40,581 nucleotides of DNA from a virus (IMGVR_UViG_3300032737_000030:1-40581); one strand, 5' to 3'. Shown: positions 1 to 8,777, counted from the first letter of the stretch. The notes: generated by a model from the letters alone, not told the origin. Program-made: numbers and translations.

Positions 1-141
1 ATTTAGAAACTGTTGAAGAGATACAGGCCTTTGCTCAAACCATGAGTGATAGTTCTGATTCATTCAGTTGGTTTGGAAATTCAAGTCCCGCTACTTGGGG
101 TGCACAGGCATTACGCATAATAGAAAATTCTTTAAAACCAG
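1..141. repeat. 141-bp direct terminal repeat, copy 1 (circularisation overlap)
   Basis: Identical to 40441-40581. Confidence 0.97.
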
Positions 142-3100
142 GTGGGACAGGTGGTGTACCAGGTTATCACAATCGAAATGATAGTCAGGGAGTTTCATAC
201 AGTCTTTCGATTAGTGATCATAATGCACTTACAGGACCTACAAACGCCCTTTTTCATGAAGGTAGGGATGAAGCCGCATGGGCTCTAATGGATGAAACAT
301 TACATAGTTTAGGCATACCTGCTGAAGAACGTCTTATTCAACAAACGATTGCGTGGTTAGCTGGTGCTAAACAAGCTTATACAAGAGACCGCTTTTTAAG
401 TAGAGCTGGTGATAATTGGGATGATTTTCTTGATGATTTAACCAATAAACAAGAAAATGTAGCTAACTTAACAGACTTCTCTGGAGTATCAGAAGAAGAA
501 GCACAAAAAGTTTTAGAAGGTGAAGGTTATCAAGATCATAGTGAGAAGCTTGAATCATCTCTAAACGCTCTTAATAGCATCAGTCCATTCTTAGAAACAC
601 TGGGTGTTAAAATTCCTGAATTTAATCTACAACGAGACGCACAAGGTAACTTTGTTAATAGTTTCTATGAGGGACAAGAACCTGCTGAAACTTCTGGTGT
701 ACCAGGTGGTACTGGAACAGACCTAAGTGACGCTACTTTAGTAGAACAGTCTGATGACGGAACATATAGTATTACCAATGCTGGTACAGGTGAAACGCTT
801 GAAGGTGGTTTTAGTTCTATTCAAGAAGCCTTAGCTAGACAGACACAGCTAAAGGTTGGTGGTACACCACAATTAACCGGAGCACCGGATGTATTTGCTA
901 TTGAACCACTAGAATCAGAAGTAATAGAACCATATACACTACCAGATGGAACCCAGGTTGATACACGTGTCGCTACACCAGATGAACTTACTGGAGACGC
1001 TCCGATTCAGACTGCGCTTGATCCAGATTCACTTGTTGATCCAACTACAACCACTGAGGGTGAACAGGCTACTTTAGTTAATGAGGCAGGTGAAACGATG
1101 GTAGTAGAAGTTGGTTCTCAAGCAGCACAAGATGCTTTTGGGCAAGGGTTTAGTTTACCGCCTACTGGTGGTGTGATTCCTTCAGGGACTGCTGGGGCAA
1201 CTAGTTCTGCACCTTTAATCCCATCATCTATTCCAAGTCAAGTTTCTTCTTTATTAGCACCAGTAGCTACTGATACAACTTCTTTGATTCCTAGTAGGGA
1301 ACAGACATTGCAGCAGGTAGCTGGTGAGTATGGTGTAGATGTAGGTGAGAACGTGCAGGCTTTAACTACCGTCGGTGAAGGGATACAGACCCAGGAGACA
1401 GCACTTAGAGAATTAGAAAGTACCATCTTAGAAAGAAGTGAGGGTGTTGGTATCACACAGGGTCAGTTAAATAGATTGACCGCTACTGAAGCTGAACCTA
1501 TTGCACAGGCCTTAAAGGATTTACTTACTTCTAGGTCACTCTTACAAAACGAATTAGCAATGATTAGCACTGAAACTTCTGCCAGGGAAGCCAGTAACCT
1601 AGCAAGGTTTGGATTGTTTACTGATTTACTTAGTCAACAGGGATTAACGATTGATCCGTTTACTGGTCAGACAGTAGAAACCTTGGCGGCTGAAACTACA
1701 CGAACTGGGGCTGGTCAGTCACTTGTAGCTGGACTAATAGAAAGCGGTATTGATCTTTCACAGCTAGGAACTGATGCTGTTAGCAGAATGCTTGAAACAG
1801 GACAGCTGACAACCGAAGATGCGATATCTGTTGGAAGCTTATATCGTGAGGCTAACGATGTTCCTGAGTGGCAACAGGTTGAAATCGATGGTGAACTATA
1901 TCGATTAGATATTGAGTCTGGAACAATGGAGCCATTAACAGGATTAAGCTTTGATGTACCAGAAGGATCAACAGTGGACACATCATTAGGAACTGGAACA
2001 ATTACTGCTTATGGATCAGATCTTTGGGAGCATGGATTAGACATTCAGTTGGGTGGTGGTTTGGGTGCTCCGATTACTTTGCCGTTTGCATTTGAAGTAA
2101 CAGATGTTTTATCAGAAGCTGAATCAAACGGATTTGGAAATCAAGTCAAGGTACGTAACGTAGAAAACGGACAAGAGATGTGGCTGTCACACTTAGATGA
2201 AGTATCCGTTGGTCCTGGTAGTTATAATCCTGGAACTTCTATTGGAACACAGGGCAACACTGGTGATACCGTTGGCCCTACTGGTGTTCATGTAGATGTA
2301 ACAATGCCTAAGCCAGATGGATCATTCTATTCACCAGAACAAGTAGCAGGTTTCCTTGGTGTGGGTGCTAATGGAACAATGGGTGAAGCAGAAACGGATT
2401 ATAATAATGCTCTTGGCTTTATGTTGCCTTTCCTACCTAGTACAAGACAGACCCCAACTCAAACAACATTCGATAGTATTACTGCAAGTGGTAATGAGGT
2501 TTTGATGCAAGACTTCTTATTAAGTACCGCAAAGAACACGATGACAGCTGATGCTAAGAATAACATTACGACAAAAGAAACGTTGCTTAATTCATTAGAA
2601 ACTATTCGTGGTTATCTGGACACATTAGAAGAACGTGGAATTGACACTGGATTCCTACTTGGTACAGAAGACGATATCCTTGCTAGGGTTGGTAGAACAG
2701 CAGATCCAGATGTTCGATACTTGCAAACACTGATTGCAAACAATGTGATTGCCTTCCGTCGAGCTGCTACTGGTGTACAGTTTAACGAAGTTGAGCAACG
2801 TCAGTATGCGCAAATGTTCCCTGGTGGTGATAAAATTCAGGAAGTTAACAGTGCCAACCTAGATGCCCTGACTGATTCAATGCAAGATGAGGTTGCTGGT
2901 TTATATATAGGACAGATGGGTGAAACGAACTTTAATAATATCTTTGGAGATATGTTCTCGCCTGTGGGATTACCGTCACAACAGAACCAGCAGATTAGTG
3001 AATCGGGTGTGACCAATACTTTGACTGGTAGAACCACATCATCTGGATATTCATTGACCACGGAAGACGTTAGTCAATTAGTTGGTGAGGTCATGTCGTT

Positions 3101-3164
3101 GTCTGGTACTTACTCAGCAGAAGATATAGCACAACTCCTTAATGATTATTTAGCAAATAACTAA
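42..3164 (+). CDS. Large acidic internal virion/ejection protein with an M23-family peptidase domain; true start probably at 40392 across the circular junction (1070 aa)
   Basis: M23-like motifs HGLDI, GFGNQV, SHLD, GTQGNTG and GVHVD at about 2030-2300; lies after the tail fibre in a podovirus-like order; frame is open back to ATG 40392. Confidence 0.7.
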   Translation: MSDSSDSFSWFGNSSPATWGAQALRIIENSLKPGGTGGVPGYHNRNDSQGVSYSLSISDHNALTGPTNALFHEGRDEAAWALMDETLHSLGIPAEERLIQQTIAWLAGAKQAYTRDRFLSRAGDNWDDFLDDLTNKQENVANLTDFSGVSEEEAQKVLEGEGYQDHSEKLESSLNALNSISPFLETLGVKIPEFNLQRDAQGNFVNSFYEGQEPAETSGVPGGTGTDLSDATLVEQSDDGTYSITNAGTGETLEGGFSSIQEALARQTQLKVGGTPQLTGAPDVFAIEPLESEVIEPYTLPDGTQVDTRVATPDELTGDAPIQTALDPDSLVDPTTTTEGEQATLVNEAGETMVVEVGSQAAQDAFGQGFSLPPTGGVIPSGTAGATSSAPLIPSSIPSQVSSLLAPVATDTTSLIPSREQTLQQVAGEYGVDVGENVQALTTVGEGIQTQETALRELESTILERSEGVGITQGQLNRLTATEAEPIAQALKDLLTSRSLLQNELAMISTETSAREASNLARFGLFTDLLSQQGLTIDPFTGQTVETLAAETTRTGAGQSLVAGLIESGIDLSQLGTDAVSRMLETGQLTTEDAISVGSLYREANDVPEWQQVEIDGELYRLDIESGTMEPLTGLSFDVPEGSTVDTSLGTGTITAYGSDLWEHGLDIQLGGGLGAPITLPFAFEVTDVLSEAESNGFGNQVKVRNVENGQEMWLSHLDEVSVGPGSYNPGTSIGTQGNTGDTVGPTGVHVDVTMPKPDGSFYSPEQVAGFLGVGANGTMGEAETDYNNALGFMLPFLPSTRQTPTQTTFDSITASGNEVLMQDFLLSTAKNTMTADAKNNITTKETLLNSLETIRGYLDTLEERGIDTGFLLGTEDDILARVGRTADPDVRYLQTLIANNVIAFRRAATGVQFNEVEQRQYAQMFPGGDKIQEVNSANLDALTDSMQDEVAGLYIGQMGETNFNNIFGDMFSPVGLPSQQNQQISESGVTNTLTGRTTSSGYSLTTEDVSQLVGEVMSLSGTYSAEDIAQLLNDYLANN

Positions 3165-3165
3165 T

Positions 3166-5094
3166 ATGGCATTATCATCATTTACTGACTTTGTTAATAG
3201 TCAGAAACAACCAACACAAACAACTAAAGGTGCAACAGATCAGGGTCTTCTTGGGCAGTTTGCCACAGGAGCAGGGAAGGGTATTATCAGTTCAATCACG
3301 GGTGCAGCTGCTTTGGGTGAACGTGGACTTCAGTTGGCAACAAAACCCTTCCTTCCTAAGGAGGCAGAACTTACTGGAGCAGCATCAGAAGAATTAGTTC
3401 CAGAAGAATTAAGGACACCACAGACACCTGCAGAAAAAGCTGGGTTTGCAGTTGAACAAATAGCTGAATTCTTCTTCCCAGCTGGTTTAGCCAGTAAGGG
3501 TATTAAAGGAACAGAAGCCCTTTTGGGAGCAACAAAGCTTACTGGAAAAGGACTTGGTGCAGCAAAGATTGGTGGACGTGCTGCTATTGGTGCTGGTGAA
3601 CTTGCTGGTGTTGAGTCTATTCAGTCTGGTGGAAAGCCAGAAGATCTTAAGGGTGTTGTTGGTGCAGCCATTCTTGGTGGCGCTATACCTATTGTAGGTG
3701 GTTTGGTTGGACACAAATTAGCTGGACTATCTGGAAGATTAGCTAAAGGAATTGAAACTAAAATTATTAAACCAACTGCCAGGGATCTTAAAAATGGATT
3801 CAAGATAGATAATATCTTTAAGTACAAACTTGGTGGAAGTCTTGAGACTACTGCACTTAAAACACATCAGAAGATACAAGAAGCATCTAAGGCATTGTCT
3901 AATCTGGTTGGTGGGTCTAAGGCAAGTGTAAACGTTGCAAAGATTATTAAAAATGTTGAAAAGGAAGTTGAGTCTGGAAAACTTAGGAACTTTGGTTCTA
4001 TTGAAGGAATGAAACGCTCGCTAAATAACTTCAAAGAAGAAATCTCACAGTTAGATGAGATTAGCAGTAAGGGTGTTATGAATTTGGTTGATGCACAGGC
4101 ATGGAAAAGATCGGTTGGTAATCATGGTGCGTGGTTATATGGTGCTCGTGATCCTGAGTCTAAGGCAAGTGAGGCCGTAGCTAATATCATGTATACACAA
4201 ATAAGAGCAGCCATTGAAAGGGCTGCCCCTAAAGAACTTAAAGACATGAATAAGATACTTAGTGAGCTTATTCCTATTGAACAGGCATTGATCCGTCGTG
4301 TTCCTATAGCTGATCGTCAGAACATGTTGGGTCTTGGGGATATTGTAACCCTGTTACCTTCCTTTGCTAATCCAAGCAATCTATGGTTCTTCACCTTAAA
4401 CAAACTATCTAAGAGTGGAACGGTTGCTAATTACTTGAAAGCAATAGATGATCTAAAGTTTCTACCTGAAGCACGTGGTGGTATACGTGAACTTTTGTTT
4501 GGCTCGCCAGCAAAAAAAGCCGATGACCTGGGCACGTCAATAAAAGGTACTACTACTGAAATAAAGCCTTTGGTTCAAGAAGCCCGTAAGTTTAAGAGTG
4601 CTGATGAGTTTGTTGAGGCACAGGGGAAGCCTTTGTATCATGGGACAACAAGAAAAACAGGAGAGGCATTACAGGACAAGGGAACTGGTCTTTACGGAGA
4701 TGGATTTTATTTTGCTACAGAACCAAAGAGAGCTGAGATATATGCTAGGCAAGGGGGTAAAGAATTTGGACAGTTAGTTGAGGCAACGGTAGAGTTTAAA
4801 AAACCATTTAAAATAGATGTAGTTGGAGGTAAAGCAGACGATTCTTTTTTCATTAGCAAAAATGATTTTGAAAAAATTAAAGAAATATCTGGGTTGAAAA
4901 TAGGTGATAGTAGAATGTTCAGGACAGACCTTTTATATAGCGACCTCAAAAGAGCTTCAAATAATCCAAATGATATTTTGAAAAAGGCTGGATTCGATGG
5001 TATACAAACACAAAGAACAAAGGTCGCTTTTGACAAAGATGTAATCAAAACCAAATCCCAACTAGAACAAATCTGGAAAGAAGCACAGAAGTAG
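3166..5094 (+). CDS. Putative ejection protein with a C-terminal ADP-ribosyltransferase-like (ART-PolyVal-like) domain
   Basis: Gly/Ala-rich hydrophobic N-terminal part; C-terminal LYHGT, GLYGDGFYFA and KAGFDGI motifs. Confidence 0.6.
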   Translation: MALSSFTDFVNSQKQPTQTTKGATDQGLLGQFATGAGKGIISSITGAAALGERGLQLATKPFLPKEAELTGAASEELVPEELRTPQTPAEKAGFAVEQIAEFFFPAGLASKGIKGTEALLGATKLTGKGLGAAKIGGRAAIGAGELAGVESIQSGGKPEDLKGVVGAAILGGAIPIVGGLVGHKLAGLSGRLAKGIETKIIKPTARDLKNGFKIDNIFKYKLGGSLETTALKTHQKIQEASKALSNLVGGSKASVNVAKIIKNVEKEVESGKLRNFGSIEGMKRSLNNFKEEISQLDEISSKGVMNLVDAQAWKRSVGNHGAWLYGARDPESKASEAVANIMYTQIRAAIERAAPKELKDMNKILSELIPIEQALIRRVPIADRQNMLGLGDIVTLLPSFANPSNLWFFTLNKLSKSGTVANYLKAIDDLKFLPEARGGIRELLFGSPAKKADDLGTSIKGTTTEIKPLVQEARKFKSADEFVEAQGKPLYHGTTRKTGEALQDKGTGLYGDGFYFATEPKRAEIYARQGGKEFGQLVEATVEFKKPFKIDVVGGKADDSFFISKNDFEKIKEISGLKIGDSRMFRTDLLYSDLKRASNNPNDILKKAGFDGIQTQRTKVAFDKDVIKTKSQLEQIWKEAQK

Positions 5095-5160
5095 TTATCG
5101 TTTATTAATCAGATACCATCCGAAAAATATAATGCCTCCAATTATTAAAAGTTTGATCAT

Positions 5161-5445
5161 ATGCCTGAATTACATGTATTAGAACAAAAGTTAAATGACC
5201 ATTGTGATTTTTCTGATAAGAAGTTTATTACTATCAGCGAAAGACTTGATACTATCACCGAACGGCTAGGGAGCAAGGTTTCTTGGATTGTATTCTGGTC
5301 CATAGTTTGTTTGTTAGTTTTGATTGTGGGTGGCATGTGGGGTATTCTATATAATGAAGTGAAGAGTGTTCAAAATACTGCAAATGGTACTAGTACTGAC
5401 GTTTCCTACATTAAGGGATTATTAAATAATGCTGATATAGAATAA
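5161..5445 (+). CDS. Single-pass membrane protein in the lysis region
   Basis: Hydrophobic segment WIVFWSIVCLLVLIVGGMWGILY between coiled-coil-like stretches; upstream of the amidase. Confidence 0.6.
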   Translation: MPELHVLEQKLNDHCDFSDKKFITISERLDTITERLGSKVSWIVFWSIVCLLVLIVGGMWGILYNEVKSVQNTANGTSTDVSYIKGLLNNADIE

Positions 5446-5446
5446 T

Positions 5447-5557
5447 ATGGGTAAGATTATATTAAAGGCCACTACGACCAATACGACCAAGGAGGTCAAA
5501 GAAGACAAGAAGTCTAAGAAAAAATCTATTCGTAATTTACTTAAACGTAAGGTATGA
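5447..5557 (+). CDS. 36-aa Lys-rich peptide (not in the ORF track)
   Basis: MGKIILKATTTNTTKEVKEDKKSKKKSIRNLLKRKV; starts at a TAA-T-ATG junction and ends in an ATGA overlap with the amidase. Confidence 0.55.
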   Translation: MGKIILKATTTNTTKEVKEDKKSKKKSIRNLLKRKV

Positions 5558-6240
5558 ATATACTTGCTCAGAAGTTAAGTGTTGGTGAGTTCAAGGAGTA
5601 TGTGGATAAGTTTAACTTTGGAAGTATTCCACCGGATAAGATTGTTTTACACCATACATGGAAACCCACTAGGGAAGATTGGAAAGGTGCGGTTACACTG
5701 TATGGGATTAAAAGTTATTATGAGAGATTGGGCTGGAAATCTGGTCCACACATCTTTATTGCAGATGACGGTATATGGCTCTTTACATCAATGTATGACG
5801 TAGGAACCCATGCAGGCAAGGGAAACAGCACACGGAGCAAATGGGGGCGTCTCACAGGGTATTCACTTGGCATAGAGGTAGTAGGCAACTATGATACTGA
5901 GCGTTGGGAAGGCAAGACGAAACATAATACCTTTGCTGCACTGAAGTTCTTGACGAAACGACTGAAGTTGAGGAATGATGATATCTTGTTTCACTCTGAG
6001 TTCAGTGCTAAAACTTGTCCAGGATCAGCTATTAAGAAAGATTGGATATTTAGAGAGCTAGAACGATATGATGAGGAAGGTTTGTATAGGCCACCTGTGA
6101 GTGAACGGAAACCAAGTGTGTGGGCTAAGGAAGCCTGGGACTGGGCAAAGAAGAACCACCTGTGTGATACGACTGATCCTCAAGAAAAAGTAACAGCAGA
6201 ATTTTTAATAACCATGTTGTATAATTCACTAAGAAAATAA
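5554..6240 (+). CDS. Endolysin, N-acetylmuramoyl-L-alanine amidase (Amidase_2 family)
   Basis: IVLHHT, HAG, GIEVVGN and FHSE..KTCPG zinc-amidase motifs; C-terminal WAKEAWDWA SLH-like tail. Confidence 0.88.
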   Translation: MNILAQKLSVGEFKEYVDKFNFGSIPPDKIVLHHTWKPTREDWKGAVTLYGIKSYYERLGWKSGPHIFIADDGIWLFTSMYDVGTHAGKGNSTRSKWGRLTGYSLGIEVVGNYDTERWEGKTKHNTFAALKFLTKRLKLRNDDILFHSEFSAKTCPGSAIKKDWIFRELERYDEEGLYRPPVSERKPSVWAKEAWDWAKKNHLCDTTDPQEKVTAEFLITMLYNSLRK

Positions 6241-6241
6241 T

Positions 6242-6415
6242 ATGGCTTTAATAGACAGACTAGATGGGTACAAAACATATGTTGTTTGTGTACTGTTGAT
6301 CGTTATCGAAGTTCTACGATTCTACGGGGTTCTAGACGCTCCTGTAGCTAATTCATTAGAAGTATTCCTGGGTGCTGGTGGACTAGCCGCCTTGCGTGTA
6401 GGATTAAAAAAATAA
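6242..6415 (+). CDS. Putative holin, 57 aa (not in the ORF track)
   Basis: MALIDRLDGYKTYVVCVLLIVIEVLRFYGVLDAPVANSLEVFLGAGGLAALRVGLKK: two hydrophobic segments, basic tail, directly after the endolysin. Confidence 0.7.
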   Translation: MALIDRLDGYKTYVVCVLLIVIEVLRFYGVLDAPVANSLEVFLGAGGLAALRVGLKK

Positions 6416-6425
6416 CTAAACAATT

Positions 6426-6533
6426 ATGTTTGACGAGACACCAGAAGTCGAAGAAGTTGTAGAAGAAACAACTGATGAGACTGAAGAGGCTCCAGAAGTT
6501 GCTGAAGAGGCAACCGAAGAAGCTGCTGAGTAA
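6426..6533 (+). CDS. 35-aa extremely acidic peptide (not in the ORF track)
   Basis: MFDETPEVEEVVEETTDETEEAPEVAEEATEEAAE; 17 D/E and no K/R; last ORF before the terminator. Confidence 0.55.
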   Translation: MFDETPEVEEVVEETTDETEEAPEVAEEATEEAAE

Positions 6534-6534
6534 T

Positions 6535-6562
6535 AAACGGGGACTTTCAATAGTCCCCTTTT
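6535..6562. terminator. Probable intrinsic terminator where the two arms converge
   Basis: Stem GGGGACT (6539-6545) / AGTCCCC (6552-6558), followed by TTTT on + and preceded by AAA. Confidence 0.65.
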
Positions 6563-6912
6563 ATATCGTCAAGATAATCTTTTACTTGTTGAAAGGTCCC
6601 CTTCCATATGGTCTGGGATCTTTTTTCTATTTCATCTAACCAGTCCTGACCCCTTATACCTATCATTTCTTTTCTAAACCATATTGGATGTTCGTGTGCA
6701 GAACGTAATCCTAGTGTGTGGTGTGAGGCGCACAAACACGTCAGGTTATCTAAATGCCATCTAAGAGAAAAGTGTCTACGACCTATTACATGATGACAGT
6801 GAAGCTGAACCTGGTCTTTAGTCTTGCCACATACTTCACACTTCCATCCTGCATTGTCCTTACATTTCTCTGAGGCCAACTTGTCTAATTTGTTTTTGTC
6901 TTTTCTTTTCAT
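6547..6912 (-). CDS. NinG/Rap-like HNH-fold nuclease
   Basis: CEVCG...LHCHHVIGRRHFSLRWHLDNLTCLCASHH pattern. Confidence 0.75.
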   Translation of the reverse strand: MKRKDKNKLDKLASEKCKDNAGWKCEVCGKTKDQVQLHCHHVIGRRHFSLRWHLDNLTCLCASHHTLGLRSAHEHPIWFRKEMIGIRGQDWLDEIEKRSQTIWKGTFQQVKDYLDDIKGDY

Positions 6913-6958
6913 AAAATGGTCTGAGGTTTTTTAAGCAGAAACCCCAGTGAAAAACTGC

Positions 6959-7078
6959 CTAACCGCAAGCCCTGGGATGCTTATTTTCCCTGGCATACTG
7001 TCTTTGTAGACGGCGAACCATCAGCTTGTCAGCCAGGATTACTGGCCAGAACACACAGTAGAATAGAACCTTACACAT
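6959..7078 (-). CDS. 39-aa hypothetical protein with a hydrophobic N-terminus (not in the ORF track)
   Basis: MCKVLFYCVFWPVILADKLMVRRLQRQYARENKHPRACG; overlaps the upstream stop; preceded by GAAGGGG. Confidence 0.35.
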   Translation of the reverse strand: MCKVLFYCVFWPVILADKLMVRRLQRQYARENKHPRACG

Positions 7079-7271
7079 TTTTGCCCCTTCTTCGTTCTAT
7101 TTTGTTTTCTAGCTTACAGAAAGGACACGTTTGCATGATGAGCATCATCGGCTGAAGACCGTAGCATTCGTTGGTTTCCTTGAACAAACAGGAGAAGCAC
7201 TGATGTTCTTCTTCGAACTCACAGCCCCAAATTTTCTTACACGAGTCGCAACGCAGAACTAATGGTGTCAT
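7071..7271 (-). CDS. Cys-rich small protein, probably zinc-binding
   Basis: CDSC, CFSC and CPFC pairs; strong Shine-Dalgarno AAGGAGG 4 nt before the ATG. Confidence 0.6.
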   Translation of the reverse strand: MTPLVLRCDSCKKIWGCEFEEEHQCFSCLFKETNECYGLQPMMLIMQTCPFCKLENKIERRRGKNV

Positions 7272-7524
7272 GTTACCTCCTTTTAAGTCCTTCGCCTCTC
7301 AGCAGGTGAAAAGCTGTACGGAAGGTACCACCGAAGTGATAAATTCTACCTTCCACCTGAGAGAAGTCATACCAATAACGTTGCTGTTATGGTTTCTCCA
7401 TTTCTGGAGAGGTCTCTATGAGACAGGCATTCAGCAGATTTAGCCACCACAGGGGTACTGCCTATTAAGAATGACCATTGACTCTGTAGCACTGTCTCAA
7501 AAGAGAGGCAAAGAACCTAACTAC

Positions 7525-7533
7525 ATTATACCA
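7525..7533 (-). promoter_or_regulatory. Extended -10 promoter candidate (TGGTATAAT)
   Basis: Minus strand reads TGnTATAAT; no good -35; upstream of a structured region of about 250 nt. Confidence 0.4.
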
Positions 7534-7672
7534 CCCTTCAAACTCCCCACAAACACCGAAGACAAGGGAAAGCGACCCTATAACGGTTGAACTCTGTTCA
7601 TTTAAGTTTATGGAGAGATTGGAGGGGGTTAGTCTTTAGATTGGTTAAAGGTGGGGAAGGGGTTGGTAAACT

Positions 7673-7825
7673 TTAATCAAGCAACTCATCTAACTTATCT
7701 GCCATTTCCATCATCAATCTAAACATTTCTGTTCTGGTGTTAAAAGCTTCTCTGTCATGAGCTTCATATTCCATGATTATTTTTCTGATTTCTTTGATGC
7801 TTTCTTTGTTGATTTCTTTGTTCAT
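7673..7825 (-). CDS. Hypothetical protein, 50 aa (start re-called at MNKEINKES)
   Basis: ATG follows the YopX stop inside the repeated junction motif. Confidence 0.6.
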   Translation of the reverse strand: MNKEINKESIKEIRKIIMEYEAHDREAFNTRTEMFRLMMEMADKLDELLD

Positions 7826-7826
7826 A

Positions 7827-8246
7827 CTATTCATTAGATTGGATAAGCTCAGGGTTAGAGTAAATGTTACCGATGATTTCAATATTTGTATCGTTGATAT
7901 GATTGTTACCAAAAGTATGTTGTATTCCAGCTGACCCCCCAATCCATAATTCTATTGCCCACCAGCCTCCATCACACCAATAAACTCTACTGCTAGAATT
8001 TATAATCTTTTCAATAGTAGTGTCATAGAGCCGTTCAACAGACTCTTTAGCGTATCCTTCAAAATTAAACTTTACAACATCCCCCTCATAAATCTCTTTA
8101 CCGTTCTTATCGAGTAGGCCTGTGAATTGCATTAGTTCAGGTTCAAAATCCCATTCACCAATTACTCTAAAAAAGTGAGACAAAAACTTATTTTGATACA
8201 TCCGCTTGTTCGCCTTATCCCAAGCTCTATATTTGTGTACTCTCAT
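7827..8246 (-). CDS. YopX-family protein
   Basis: KYRAWDK, LMQFTGLLDKNGKEIYEGDVV and EIIGNIYSNPEL signature. Confidence 0.92.
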   Translation of the reverse strand: MRVHKYRAWDKANKRMYQNKFLSHFFRVIGEWDFEPELMQFTGLLDKNGKEIYEGDVVKFNFEGYAKESVERLYDTTIEKIINSSSRVYWCDGGWWAIELWIGGSAGIQHTFGNNHINDTNIEIIGNIYSNPELIQSNE

Positions 8247-8256
8247 ATACTATTCA

Positions 8257-8418
8257 TTAGATTATTCGTTTATCAATTATTTCAACATCTATATTTATAT
8301 CACCTAAACCACTTTCATGCTTTCCGTCTCGTGAAGTTATCCAAGCCCAGCCATCTTCTTCAATGGTTATCTTAGAGATACCAAATGATTTGATTCTTTT
8401 ACGATGGCTGTCTGTCAT
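8257..8418 (-). CDS. Hypothetical protein, 53 aa (start re-called at MTDSHRK)
   Basis: ATG lies inside the repeated junction motif. Confidence 0.55.
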   Translation of the reverse strand: MTDSHRKRIKSFGISKITIEEDGWAWITSRDGKHESGLGDINIDVEIIDKRII

Positions 8419-8419
8419 A

Positions 8420-8575
8420 CTATTCATTAGATTCTTTATATTGCTCATCGAGGAACTGAATGATGGCTTGGTCGTTACAAAAATCACCAGGTATAAGCGG
8501 AATTCCAGTTTTTTTTGACAATTTGTTTTTTAGGTCGTTTTTAATCTCCTCAATACGTTCTGATGGTTTAGGCAT
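8420..8575 (-). CDS. Hypothetical protein, 51 aa (not in the ORF track)
   Basis: MPKPSERIEEIKNDLKNKLSKKTGIPLIPGDFCNDQAIIQFLDEQYKESNE; fills the gap between neighbours. Confidence 0.55.
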   Translation of the reverse strand: MPKPSERIEEIKNDLKNKLSKKTGIPLIPGDFCNDQAIIQFLDEQYKESNE

Positions 8576-8587
8576 AGTGTTTGGGGG

Positions 8588-8731
8588 TTAAGCTTCAAGA
8601 AACACTCCAAGATGATCACAAATAATTTGGGCTATCTCTTGTTTTGAATATTCTTCATTACCTGTATCTCTATGCTTTTCTATACCATACCAGAAGTCAT
8701 CAAGTGAGAAGTTGTTGTTTTCAATATACAT
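8588..8731 (-). CDS. Hypothetical protein, 47 aa (not in the ORF track)
   Basis: MYIENNNFSLDDFWYGIEKHRDTGNEEYSKQEIAQIICDHLGVFLEA; preceded by TTAGT-ATG. Confidence 0.5.
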   Translation of the reverse strand: MYIENNNFSLDDFWYGIEKHRDTGNEEYSKQEIAQIICDHLGVFLEA

Positions 8732-8777
8732 ACTAACTATTCAAAGTGTGACAAATTGTCACGGGTTAATTATCTAT

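Noticed and set aside
1-141. Biological direct terminal repeat (T7-like)
   Set aside because: It falls in the middle of a gene and its length matches a common maximum assembler k-mer, so an assembly overlap is more likely.
7823-8433. Mini-CRISPR formed by the 17-18 bp repeats
   Set aside because: Spacing is about 170-420 nt and each interval is a whole gene, not a 30-40 nt spacer.
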